A DNA stretch of 63,043 bases, filler included, from Candidatus Desantisbacteria bacterium CG1_02_49_89 (lineage in GTDB: Bacteria; Desantisbacteria; UBA1551), in the NCBI GenBank assembly GCA_001871075.1. It is 6 parts of 6 records of this genome, joined end to end, with 100 filler letters (N's around TTAATTAATTAA, not from the genome) between each part and the next. Parts side by side here need not be neighbours in the genome. Positions count along the whole stretch, not along the records: positions 6,357 to 31,566 come from MNUP01000079.1; positions 31,667 to 36,929 come from MNUP01000108.1; positions 37,030 to 49,181 come from MNUP01000046.1; 3 more parts are not named here. The stretch is one strand, 5' to 3'. The notes beneath the pieces are model-generated. The model saw only the letters and a list, made by a program, of their open reading frames with translations, made no database searches and had not been told where the DNA came from. The translations under genes were made by a program, and so were the position numbers. Positions 30,055 through 38,836 of the stretch are shown one piece after another; position 1 is the first letter of the stretch; each line of letters opens with the position of its first letter.

Positions 30055-30607
30055 AAACGTAATATCGGTTCTTCTTATCTGTTAAATCTTTAAATATGAT
30101 TTGACATTTGTCAAGACCAGGCACCCAAGCTTTTTGAATGAGAGTATTTTGAACATAATAAAGTGCTTCCTTAACGTTTTTGCATTTTGACATAATAACG
30201 ATATTGTGTCCCCAGGGTATTTGGGTTATTTGGCCAACAAGTTGTTGGCTAAATGCAGGAGACCTGGAATAAAACAGGTACCATTGCTTTATGTATTTTA
30301 GATTACTCAGAGAAAAACCTTTAATATCGCGGAACTCAGCAGCTAAATCCCTGCTTAACTGGGCAAGAACCCCGTCGCCCCACTTTGATTTCTTTTGCTT
30401 TAAAACAATATCCACTCCGAGTTCCCAGTAAAAAGCGAGAAGTTCAGCATTGACTTTTATTACTGCTTTAATCTGGGCAGCACGGACCTTTTGCTTTATC
30501 TTTTCCAGCCAAACCTTATAGTCATTACCCTGGGCAAAATTAACAGCCATATTTGCATTCACAATCCTGCCTCCATATTTACAGAATTTTCCACCGCGTT
30601 TCTCCAA
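30050..30607 (-). pseudogene. Truncated YhcG/DUF1016 (N-terminal domain only)
   Basis: VNAELLAFYWELG, WGDGVLAQLSRDL, GFSLSNLKYIKQWY, IPWGHN; similarity ends near 30145 and the PDDEXK domain is absent. Confidence 0.8.
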
Positions 30608-30643
30608 TATCCGCTGGCATCAGCGCTATCATTTCAATCCCCA

Positions 30644-30866
30644 TATTGTGACATGCTTACGATAGAACCCACGAACAACAAGGTTCTGCCGAAGGCAGGT
30701 TCTTATTGTGTCACGCCCACGACTCAACCCACGAACAACAAGGTTCTGCCGAAGGCAGGTTCTTATTGTGTCACGCCCACGACTCAACCCACGAACAACA
30801 AGGTTCCGAACGAAGTGAGCGGTTCTTATTGTGTCAGGCCTACGACTACACCTGCGGACAACAAGC
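30644..30866. repeat. 60-bp tandem hairpin repeat (two identical, one variant, degenerate flanks)
   Basis: Unit aacccacgaacaacaaggttctgccgaaggcaggttcttattgtgtcacgcccacgactc at 30666 and 30726; variant at 30786. Confidence 0.92.
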
Positions 30867-30872
30867 TTTGCT

Positions 30873-31566
30873 TATAAATCGGGTCTTAAATTCTTACCGG
30901 TTAAGATTGTAAGCATTGCAAGGAACAGCGAAGGTTTCAATCCCCTATAAATCGGGTCTTAAATTCTTACGAAAATGTCGGAGGACTCCGCGCACATAGC
31001 CAAAAAGTTTCAATCCCCTATAAATCGGGTCTTAAATTCTTACAATGGTATACGTAGGGTAAGAGGCGCACAGGACAAAAGTTTCAATCCCCTATAAATC
31101 GGGTCTTAAATTCTTACATAGGGTGGCTGATACCGGAAGACAAGGACATAAAGGTTTCAATCCCCTATAAATCGGGTCTTAAATTCTTACCCGGGAAGCG
31201 GGCAGCAGGAAAGGGAGGCGAGTATGAAGTTTCAATCCACGCCTCCGCGCGGGAGGCGACATACTGCCCCTGTTATAAAATTTCCTAATATAAGTTTCAA
31301 TCCACGCCTCCGCGCGGGAGGCGACTATAGCCGCTGGGGAAGATGAAATTGCCGTTACTGTTTCAATCCACGCCTCCGCGCGGGAGGCGACTCAATGCTT
31401 ATAATGCTATGGTGGACGTTGCAATGTTTCAATCCACGCCTCCGCGCGGGAGGCGACCGCTAATTTAGCAGCTGGGGTTACAATTACATTTGTTTCAATC
31501 CACGCCTCCGCGCGGGAGGCGACAGATGAGGCGGCAAAAGGGATCCTGGGATTTAAGTTTCAATCC
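30873..31566 (-). CRISPR. Hybrid CRISPR array, 10 spacers: 37-bp repeats (partial 30873; 30934, 31007, 31081, 31154), then 32-bp I-C-type repeats (31229, 31294, 31360, 31426, 31492; partial 31557)
   Basis: Minus-strand repeats GTAAGAATTTAAGACCCGATTTATAGGGGATTGAAAC (spacers 36,36,37,36,38 nt) and GTCGCCTCCCGCGCGGAGGCGTGGATTGAAAC (spacers 33,34,34,34,33 nt). Orientation from the ATTGAAAC 3' end. Confidence 0.97.
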
Positions 31567-31666
31567 NNNNNNNNNNNNNNNNNNNNNNNNNNNNNNNNNN
31601 NNNNNNNNNNTTAATTAATTAANNNNNNNNNNNNNNNNNNNNNNNNNNNNNNNNNNNNNNNNNNNN

Positions 31667-31950
31667 TTTATCTTATACTGCCCGTATATCCTGTACCCGG
31701 TAAAACTTGCAAATGCTATACAGCCCGCGATCACAATAAATTTAAAGTGCTTAGAAAAAAAGTTTTTTATCCCTTTCCAAAAAGCGACAAAAGCAGGCGC
31801 AAGGAAGGCGTAAAGGAACCAGCCGGACTGAGCCGCGGCAACTCTCTGGCAGGGATAAACGATCCTTGTCGGCCTTGCGCCAACGCGCAGGATAAACCAC
31901 GCGAGGCACGCCAGGCTGAACCAAATGTATTTTCCGGGCTTGTGTTTCAT
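31667..31950 (-). CDS. Membrane-anchored protein N-terminus, possibly DUF362-type (truncated)
   Basis: LAWFILRVGARPTRIVYPCQRVAA motif plus TM segments. Confidence 0.5.
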
Positions 31951-32050
31951 GCTGTTTCCGTCGTAAGTCGTACGTCATACGTCGTACGTTAAAAACTAAA
32001 ATACCGTCGGACGTCGTAAGTCGAACGTCGGACGTTAAGAACTATACTCC

Positions 32051-32416
32051 TTAAAAACTTTCTTTCAGTTTCTTGGTCAGGTTTATTATCATTCTTGAAG
32101 TGTGGTTTAATTCTTCGAGGAGGTTCTTTTCGGTTTCTTCCGGAATGTACCCAAAATTCTTAGCAAGGCTTACCTGGGTTTCCAATTCTGCTGCTGAACC
32201 TAACGCTATAAACAGAAATTGTTTGTATTCGTTTCTGTGGGACCTGCGAAAACCTTCAGCGATATTTGACGGTATGGATGTGGCAGACCTATTCATCTGC
32301 AAGGTGAGATTAAAATTCTCTATCGAAGGAAAACCGCAGGTCAGTTTGTGGACTTCGCCGGCTATCTTCATCCCTTTTTGCCAGATATCCAGATCTCTGT
32401 AACTTTTTATTTCCAT
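32051..32416 (-). CDS. Four helix bundle protein (23S rRNA IVS protein/Avd-like family)
   Basis: SYRDLDIWQK, FPSIENFNLTLQMNRSATSIPSNIAEG, GSAAELETQ; heptamer repeats on both sides. Confidence 0.92.
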   Translation of the reverse strand: MEIKSYRDLDIWQKGMKIAGEVHKLTCGFPSIENFNLTLQMNRSATSIPSNIAEGFRRSHRNEYKQFLFIALGSAAELETQVSLAKNFGYIPEETEKNLLEELNHTSRMIINLTKKLKESF

Positions 32417-32474
32417 CTTTTATGTCCGTTCGATCATTCGCGTATGACGTACGACGTAAGACGCTCGACGGTAT

Positions 32475-32975
32475 TTAAAGCACTTTATCGAGTTCTATGA
32501 GGGAGCGGTGGGGGAGCCTGGCGTAGTCCGGGATCTCGTAGCGGCATTCTTCTATGTCGGTTATAAGCAGCCTGGTTTTCCCGCGCATCAGTATGTTGTC
32601 GTTCCTGCCCCTCACGTAAAACGATTTCCTTCCCCTGTCTGTTTTCGTCTCCCAGTTGTATATGCCGAACTCTTCCGTTATTTTGTATATCTCCCTTATC
32701 ACGGGCACAAAATAGCGCAGCTTGATCTCTTTCCTTATGAGCGCCTGCTGGTCAGCGGGAAAATCCCCGAGGTTATTTATCACCCCGATCTCCTTGTTCT
32801 CGATGTTCCTTATTGAAATGAACTTGTCGGGATTCGCCACGGGGAACGAGCATATGGGATAGATCCTGGGGTGCACGGTCCCGTCCGCCAGGGTCATTTT
32901 CAGGACGCCGGTTTCGCTCCTCTCGAATTTCGTGCCTTTGGGCTCAATATTTGTGATGCCTATTATCTCTTCCAT
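32475..32975 (-). CDS. DUF1854 domain protein
   Basis: FPVANPDKFISI, RYFVPVI, WETKTDRG; directly after an ABC exporter gene. Confidence 0.8.
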   Translation of the reverse strand: MEEIIGITNIEPKGTKFERSETGVLKMTLADGTVHPRIYPICSFPVANPDKFISIRNIENKEIGVINNLGDFPADQQALIRKEIKLRYFVPVIREIYKITEEFGIYNWETKTDRGRKSFYVRGRNDNILMRGKTRLLITDIEECRYEIPDYARLPHRSLIELDKVL

Positions 32976-33271
32976 TTTCCCTCAATAACTACATTTAACC
33001 ACGAATTTCCACTAATTTCCACGAATTTTTACAGGGAACCCTCCACCAAGATTTCCACCTTAAGAATTGGCGGACAAGGGCGGGCGGGCAGGCTTACGAG
33101 AACTTAAAAATATTCAGCCACGGATATACACGGATTAAACTCTTGATGTCATTGCGAACGGAGTGAAGCAATCCGGCATTTAGGTTGCCGCGCCCTTCGG
33201 GCTCGCAATGACCGATAAACGGCCATCTAGTGGAAATCGAGTGTAATCGCGTGGTTAATGATTTTTCATTC

Positions 33272-35491
33272 CTAAATAAAAATACGGGACTTGGCGATCT
33301 CGCTCTGAATCTGCACAAGCTTGTAATACACGCCCTGCATAGCCATAAGCTCATCGTGGCTGCCCTGCTCAGCAAGCTTCCCTTCCTCCAGCACCACTAT
33401 CCTGTCAGAATTGCGCAGGGTCGAAAGCCTGTGCGCGATGGCAATGGTTGTCCTTCCCTTTATCAGCCTGTAGAGCGCGTCCTGTATCTCTTTTTCCGTT
33501 TCGGTGTCCACCGACGAAGTAGCTTCGTCCAGGATCAGGATCCTGGGATCGTGCAGGATCGCCCTTGCTATTGACACGCGCTGCCGCTCCCCAAGCGATA
33601 GCCTTCCGCCCCTTTCCCCTACGTACGTATCGTACCCGTCAGGTTTCGTGACGATCATGAAGTCATGCGCATTTGCAGCCTTCGCTGCCCGGACAATGTC
33701 CAGCAGTTCCGCGCCCGGCTTTGAATAGGCGATGTTCTCCGCGATCGTGCCGCTGAAAAGGAAGGGTTCCTGGAGCACAACACCTATCTGCCTGCGCAGG
33801 TCATCGTATCTTATTTTTTTTATATTTATGCCGTCGATAAGTATCTCACCCTCGTCCACGTCGTACAGCCTGCTGAGCAGGCTTATCAGGGTCGTCTTAC
33901 CCGAGCCGCTCTTGCCCACTATGCCGATCGTCTCGTTCTCTTTTATCACAAGCGAAAAATTCTTAAGCACCGGCCTGAGCTTGTTGTACCCGAAGGTCAC
34001 GTTGCGGAATTCTATCCCGCCTTTTATGCGCGGCACTGAAACCGAATCGGGCGCGTCCTCCACTTCCGATTTCGCGTCCAGCACCTCCAGTATCCTTTCC
34101 CCGGCGCTGAGCGAGTGGGTCACCACGCGCGCCATATCCGTAAGCATGAATATGGGCCCGTAGAACATTTCAAGGTAGCTGGCATAGGCAACTATGCTTC
34201 CCAGCGTCATCATCTTTTTTGGATCGGCATCAAACACATACTTGCCCCCGACGTACCACACGACAATAACCCCCACGATCCTTGTTATGCTCATGATCGG
34301 GTTGTAAATAGTCCATTTCCGTTCAAGGGTAATGGCAGCGTCGCACAGATCCTGGCTTTTCTCGTTGAACCTGTTTGTTTCCTTTTCTTCCTGGCCGAAC
34401 GCCTTAACAACCCTGATGCCGGTAAGCGTGTCGCTGACAGTCGCGCTCATCCTCGAACGTTTCTCGTAGAAGCGGTGGAAATATACCCAAACCCTTGGGT
34501 AAACGACCCTTACGAACCACACCGTGAAGAAAACGGGCATTATTATGTAAAGGGTCAGCTTCCAGGAAAGCACGAAAAGCAGCACGCCTATCCCGATTAT
34601 CTGGAACGAGCTCTGCAAAAGCGCTGGCAGCCACGATACCATGAAGTTCTGCGCTTCGCCGGTGTCAGAATTCACCCTTGTCATCAGCGCGCCTGTGTGG
34701 CGCTTGTCATAGTATGAAATGGAAAGGTTCTGCAGCTTCTTGTAAAGCGCGGCCCTTATGTCGTAAACCGTGCTGCTTCCCACAAGCGCTGATTCACGCG
34801 CCTGCAATGCCCCCAGAATGACCGACGCGGCCCTGGCGGCAAACATTGAAAGCGCGAGCGGCGCCAGCCTCCACATATCCCTTTTGGGCGTCAGCACGTC
34901 GTCTATCAGCACCTTGCTGATATACGGGATGATCAGCCCGGCAAAGGTAGCTGAAACCATTACGAAGAATATCCACATTATCTGGTGCAGGTAGGGTTTC
35001 GTGAACTGGAAAAGGCGGAAAAACGTCTGCCTTTTTTTAACGCACCTGGGGCAGACATCCGAGCTCCACGCGATCGGTTTTCCGCATTTCGGGCAGTATC
35101 TTCTTTTTCTTTCTTCCGTGGTTTCCCTGAACCTGTGCTCTTTTACAAGTTCATTTACAATTCGCGCGGCGTTCGTGAATTCATGCGCCCTTGCGTTGGA
35201 ATAAAGCAGTATCCTGTGGACCTTGCTGTCATATTCTATCTCGAGCGCCCCGCCTCCAACCATGTTAACCGCGCGGGCGTCCTTTACCTGGTTCAGGGTG
35301 ATTTGCTCGACAAGCTGCGCGCTTCCGCCTGATTCCTTCGCAACCGCAAGGTCCTCATTATTAATAAAAAGCCATTCCTCGCCGAACGCGCCCGTTGAGG
35401 TCACATCGGTCTGTAGGGCACTAAGCCATTCCTTCCCCGGGAACTTGCTTTCCAGTAATTCCTTGATTTTGTCAGGTATTTTTGTTTCCAT
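33272..35491 (-). CDS. ABC exporter, fused permease/ATPase with N-terminal extension and CxxC motifs
   Basis: GKSGSGKT, LSLGERQR, LILDEATS, IAHRLST. Confidence 0.93.
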   Translation of the reverse strand: METKIPDKIKELLESKFPGKEWLSALQTDVTSTGAFGEEWLFINNEDLAVAKESGGSAQLVEQITLNQVKDARAVNMVGGGALEIEYDSKVHRILLYSNARAHEFTNAARIVNELVKEHRFRETTEERKRRYCPKCGKPIAWSSDVCPRCVKKRQTFFRLFQFTKPYLHQIMWIFFVMVSATFAGLIIPYISKVLIDDVLTPKRDMWRLAPLALSMFAARAASVILGALQARESALVGSSTVYDIRAALYKKLQNLSISYYDKRHTGALMTRVNSDTGEAQNFMVSWLPALLQSSFQIIGIGVLLFVLSWKLTLYIIMPVFFTVWFVRVVYPRVWVYFHRFYEKRSRMSATVSDTLTGIRVVKAFGQEEKETNRFNEKSQDLCDAAITLERKWTIYNPIMSITRIVGVIVVWYVGGKYVFDADPKKMMTLGSIVAYASYLEMFYGPIFMLTDMARVVTHSLSAGERILEVLDAKSEVEDAPDSVSVPRIKGGIEFRNVTFGYNKLRPVLKNFSLVIKENETIGIVGKSGSGKTTLISLLSRLYDVDEGEILIDGINIKKIRYDDLRRQIGVVLQEPFLFSGTIAENIAYSKPGAELLDIVRAAKAANAHDFMIVTKPDGYDTYVGERGGRLSLGERQRVSIARAILHDPRILILDEATSSVDTETEKEIQDALYRLIKGRTTIAIAHRLSTLRNSDRIVVLEEGKLAEQGSHDELMAMQGVYYKLVQIQSEIAKSRIFI

Positions 35492-35623
35492 TTCGCTTCG
35501 CTCATTGATTACACAGATTAGAAATTATGATTACTTCGATTAAAGATATTATTAATCTGTATAATCAGTTTTATATAATCACCGTAATCATCTTCGAAAA
35601 ATCACTGTAATCATTTTCTAACA

Positions 35624-35682
35624 GAAAAGACCGGGGGCTTTCCGTCGCCGCGGATCCCGCCCCCGGCCCTGAATTTTTCTTT
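35624..35682. terminator. GC-rich hairpin with flanking A/T tracts
   Basis: ccggggg...cccccgg between the 35749 gene and the ABC gene. Confidence 0.4.
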
Positions 35683-35748
35683 TAAATCCCCCTCTCTTTC
35701 TTATATTTATCTCCCCCTTTACAAAAGGGGGAAGAAGGGGGATTTTGA

Positions 35749-36399
35749 CTATTTCTGCAGGGTTATCGCGAAAATATGTATATCTTTCTGCTCAGGCAGC
35801 CTGATCGAGGCAAGTTCTTTCTTCCCGTCTATCTTAACTGTCTGCAGGAAAAGATAGCACGGGATCTCGTGATGCCCGCCCTCTGTCCCGGTGCTCATGC
35901 GGTAGGTGAAGGAATAAGCCTTCTTCTCGCCTTCCTTCGGCTCAACGCACCAGTCAGTGAGCTTGAAATTCACGGCTGACTTTGTGCCGTCCTTATACAC
36001 GAGCGTTAAAGCGTCTTCCATCGAGCCTTCCGGAACGTTCGTCGCTGACGCAAGCATAAGTATCGCCTTGTAGCTGCCTGCCGGGACCTGCACTGCTTCC
36101 CCTTCACAGGCAATGTTATTGACTTTCTTGTCAGCGCCTGCGACAAGGAACGGAACCCCGTTCACGGTGACACCGGTCTTCCCGACCTTAGGCCAGGCCT
36201 TGGCGGTATAGCTTGCGCCGCCCGCGTCAAAATCCCCGCCTGTGGCATCGTCATCCGGCGCTATCCCGTCGTTGTTGCAGAGCTTCGATATGTCCACCGG
36301 AACGCAGCCTGCCCCGCCACCGGCGCCCTTTTCCGCGGCGAACGCAACCCCTGCAAACCCGATTACAACTGCCAGTAAAACCACTACATACTTTTTCAT
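35749..36399 (-). CDS. Secreted beta-sandwich protein of unknown function
   Basis: Signal peptide; CNNDGI...GDFD, LTDW, IHIFAITL, a pattern I associate with glycosidase accessory domains. Confidence 0.55.
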   Translation of the reverse strand: MKKYVVVLLAVVIGFAGVAFAAEKGAGGGAGCVPVDISKLCNNDGIAPDDDATGGDFDAGGASYTAKAWPKVGKTGVTVNGVPFLVAGADKKVNNIACEGEAVQVPAGSYKAILMLASATNVPEGSMEDALTLVYKDGTKSAVNFKLTDWCVEPKEGEKKAYSFTYRMSTGTEGGHHEIPCYLFLQTVKIDGKKELASIRLPEQKDIHIFAITLQK

Positions 36400-37160
36400 G
36401 CTGCCTCCCTTTTAACATTAAACAAAAATTTCCACGAAATCACGAAAGTATCACGAAACCACGAAATAAGCTTTTTACAGGGATTTATGGAGATTTAAAA
36501 AATAAAATTATAGTAGTTTAAATCCCGTTAAATCCCTGTTAAAAGATATGTTTTTCACAGGGAACCCGCCTACGCAGATACTCCTTCAACCTTAGCTTCC
36601 CGCTATTCGCGGGAAGGTTACGGATGCTACGGCGGGCAGGCTTACGGGAACTTAAAAAACATTCAGCCACGGATTTCCACGGATTTAAACTGTGTAAGCT
36701 CTATAAACTATGTAAACTTATTCAAAAGTACCCCCTTGCCCCCTTGTTAATAATATATTAGACTCTGTTATATATATTTCAATATATTATATGCTATTTG
36801 AGCAGGTTTGTCAAGTTATCATAAATTTTTACGCTGAAATCCGCTTTGCGAAAAATTCTTAAATAAAAAAGGCCCTCGTTTTGAGGACCCGATTCCTCCC
36901 TGTCCGACGTAAAATAATTTCTCTGCTGANNNNNNNNNNNNNNNNNNNNNNNNNNNNNNNNNNNNNNNNNNNNTTAATTAATTAANNNNNNNNNNNNNNN
37001 NNNNNNNNNNNNNNNNNNNNNNNNNNNNNGACCTAAAAATCGAGATTGCCACGCTCCCTTTGGTCGCTCGCAATGACAACTCAAAGCAGAATCAAATGTC
37101 AAGGGATTTATGTGACACCACACTAGAAGCCATAAAAGAAATCTTTTCAAAATGAATTTC

Positions 37161-37292
37161 TTCTGCCTTTTCTCGGTGATTCCCTCGGCGGGCCGCTCGC
37201 ATCTGACTGCCTGCTCACTCTAAAATTTTGACTGTTCCGGGTTTCAGTCAAAATTTTTAAAGCCCGCTACGGGAATACCCCTCGCGGCAGAA
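37161..37292. repeat. ~130-nt structured intergenic element, copy 2
   Basis: Homologous to 14181-14313. Confidence 0.8.
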
Positions 37293-37322
37293 AAAATTTA
37301 TTTTTCATACGGGTATGGAAGA

Positions 37323-38297
37323 ATGAATAAAGAATTGCAAAAACACTTTGAGCATCACGACGGCAGGATAAGGGAGATGTTCGGCGGTAGGCATCCGAAA
37401 GAGCCGATATTCCTTACAGGCCTGCCGGCGCACGAAGAAGAGGATATGCTGTCCGATTTTAACAAGGTAAAGGAAAGGGCCCTTGCTGACATAGGAAACA
37501 TACTTCCCGTTCTCAGCAAAAACACTTTTTACAGCCCGGTCGCGGAGATATGGCCTTTCGGCGTTCATTACCTGGACGTTATCTTCGGCTGTAAGGTGTT
37601 CCACAGATCCGGCACGATCTTCGCGAAGAAGCTGAGCTGCAGGCCCGGCAAGCTTAAAAGGCCTGATCTCGGCAGTTCGGATGTTTTCCTGCGGTCATAT
37701 GAGCTTGCGAAGTTCCTTCTGGATTCAGTGCCTCCGGAAATAAAGATAAGCACGCCTGTTCTTTCAAGCCCTTTGAATATCGCCATGAACCTGTTCGGCG
37801 GAGAATTCCTGGTAACGCTTATGGAAAAAAGGGATGAAGCGGTGTCCGCCCTCGAAACGATTACCGGGATTATCATTGAGCTGCACAAGGCGTTCGGGAT
37901 GCTTGGCCCCAGGGTCCGCCATTACGCCGCGTCCAGCAGGTACACGCCTGACGGGTTCGGCCATATATGCGGGTGTTCGACCCACCTGGTTTCAGGCAGG
38001 ACCTACGCGGAAACAATAGTGGCGTTTGACGAGCAGGTGCTTTCTGTTTACCCTGAAGGCGGCACCATGCACCTGTGCGGCAAACATCTCCAGCACGCGG
38101 ATGCCTTTAAAAAAATGAAGAAACTGCGCGGGATCCAGATAAATGACGCTGCGGCTGACGATTTTGAGGGATACCTTGCCGGTTTGCGGGAGGATCAGGT
38201 GATATACGTGGCACCCACCGCTTCCGTGACCGCGCAGAAGATCATTGAGAAAGGGAAAGGAAGGCGCGTCATAATACAGGGCGTCTGCCCCAAATAA
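37323..38297 (+). CDS. Uroporphyrinogen decarboxylase/MtaA-like family protein (divergent)
   Basis: SSPLNIAMNL, CSTHLVS, MHLCG. Confidence 0.6.
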   Translation: MNKELQKHFEHHDGRIREMFGGRHPKEPIFLTGLPAHEEEDMLSDFNKVKERALADIGNILPVLSKNTFYSPVAEIWPFGVHYLDVIFGCKVFHRSGTIFAKKLSCRPGKLKRPDLGSSDVFLRSYELAKFLLDSVPPEIKISTPVLSSPLNIAMNLFGGEFLVTLMEKRDEAVSALETITGIIIELHKAFGMLGPRVRHYAASSRYTPDGFGHICGCSTHLVSGRTYAETIVAFDEQVLSVYPEGGTMHLCGKHLQHADAFKKMKKLRGIQINDAAADDFEGYLAGLREDQVIYVAPTASVTAQKIIEKGKGRRVIIQGVCPK

Positions 38298-38338
38298 AAA
38301 AACGCGAAAATTAAAAAAGTAAAAAGGAAAGTAAGCAA

Positions 38339-38746
38339 ATGAAAAAAGGCATTTTTTTAAAAATTATTTTGGCAGTAATTTTAATAAGTGTTATAATAGT
38401 AATAATTACTAATGCAAGTTTAAATAAAAAATTTAAAGTCGGTACATATAAAGAAGAAATAGTAGAAAAATACGGCAAACCAGATATAATAATTTATCCT
38501 TACGACTTGGATTTAACACAAGTTAAATATAGCTATAAATTTCCATTAGGATATAAAATAAATATATATAGAGTAAAAAGCATCTGGGAAAAAGATAAAT
38601 GGAAAGGAATAATCAAAATTCCCGCAAGATTTGATATGAATAAAGAAAAAGTAAAGGAAATATTTGTATACGATAAAAAAATATGGTTAGAAGCAGTTTG
38701 TTTTGATAATAACAATAGAGTTCTCTATAGTTTTTCGTGGGATTAA
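38339..38746 (+). CDS. AT-rich hypothetical membrane-anchored protein
   Basis: N-terminal TM; VGTYKEEIVEKYGKPD resembles the BamE/SmpA pattern; very low GC. Confidence 0.55.
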   Translation: MKKGIFLKIILAVILISVIIVIITNASLNKKFKVGTYKEEIVEKYGKPDIIIYPYDLDLTQVKYSYKFPLGYKINIYRVKSIWEKDKWKGIIKIPARFDMNKEKVKEIFVYDKKIWLEAVCFDNNNRVLYSFSWD

Positions 38747-38836
38747 GATTCTGAATTGTTGGTTTCAGCGAATTCAGTAACTAAAATTCGTGCTAATTAG
38801 TGCAAATTCGTGGTTAAACAGGTTTAGGCGGTAAAA

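Noticed and set aside
30644-30866. 60-bp repeats as a CRISPR array or integron attC sites
   Set aside because: No unique spacers, no clear RYYYAAC/GTTRRRY pair, no integron integrase.
30491-30912. ORFs with repeated PTNNKV peptides
   Set aside because: Translation of the 60-bp repeat; overlaps the yhcG fragment antisense; no clear RBS.
29500-31566. cas genes or tracrRNA near the arrays
   Set aside because: None recognisable; the contig ends inside the array on the leader side, so they may lie beyond it.
32051-32416. Diversity-generating retroelement suggested by the Avd-like fold
   Set aside because: No reverse transcriptase or TR/VR pair in the window.
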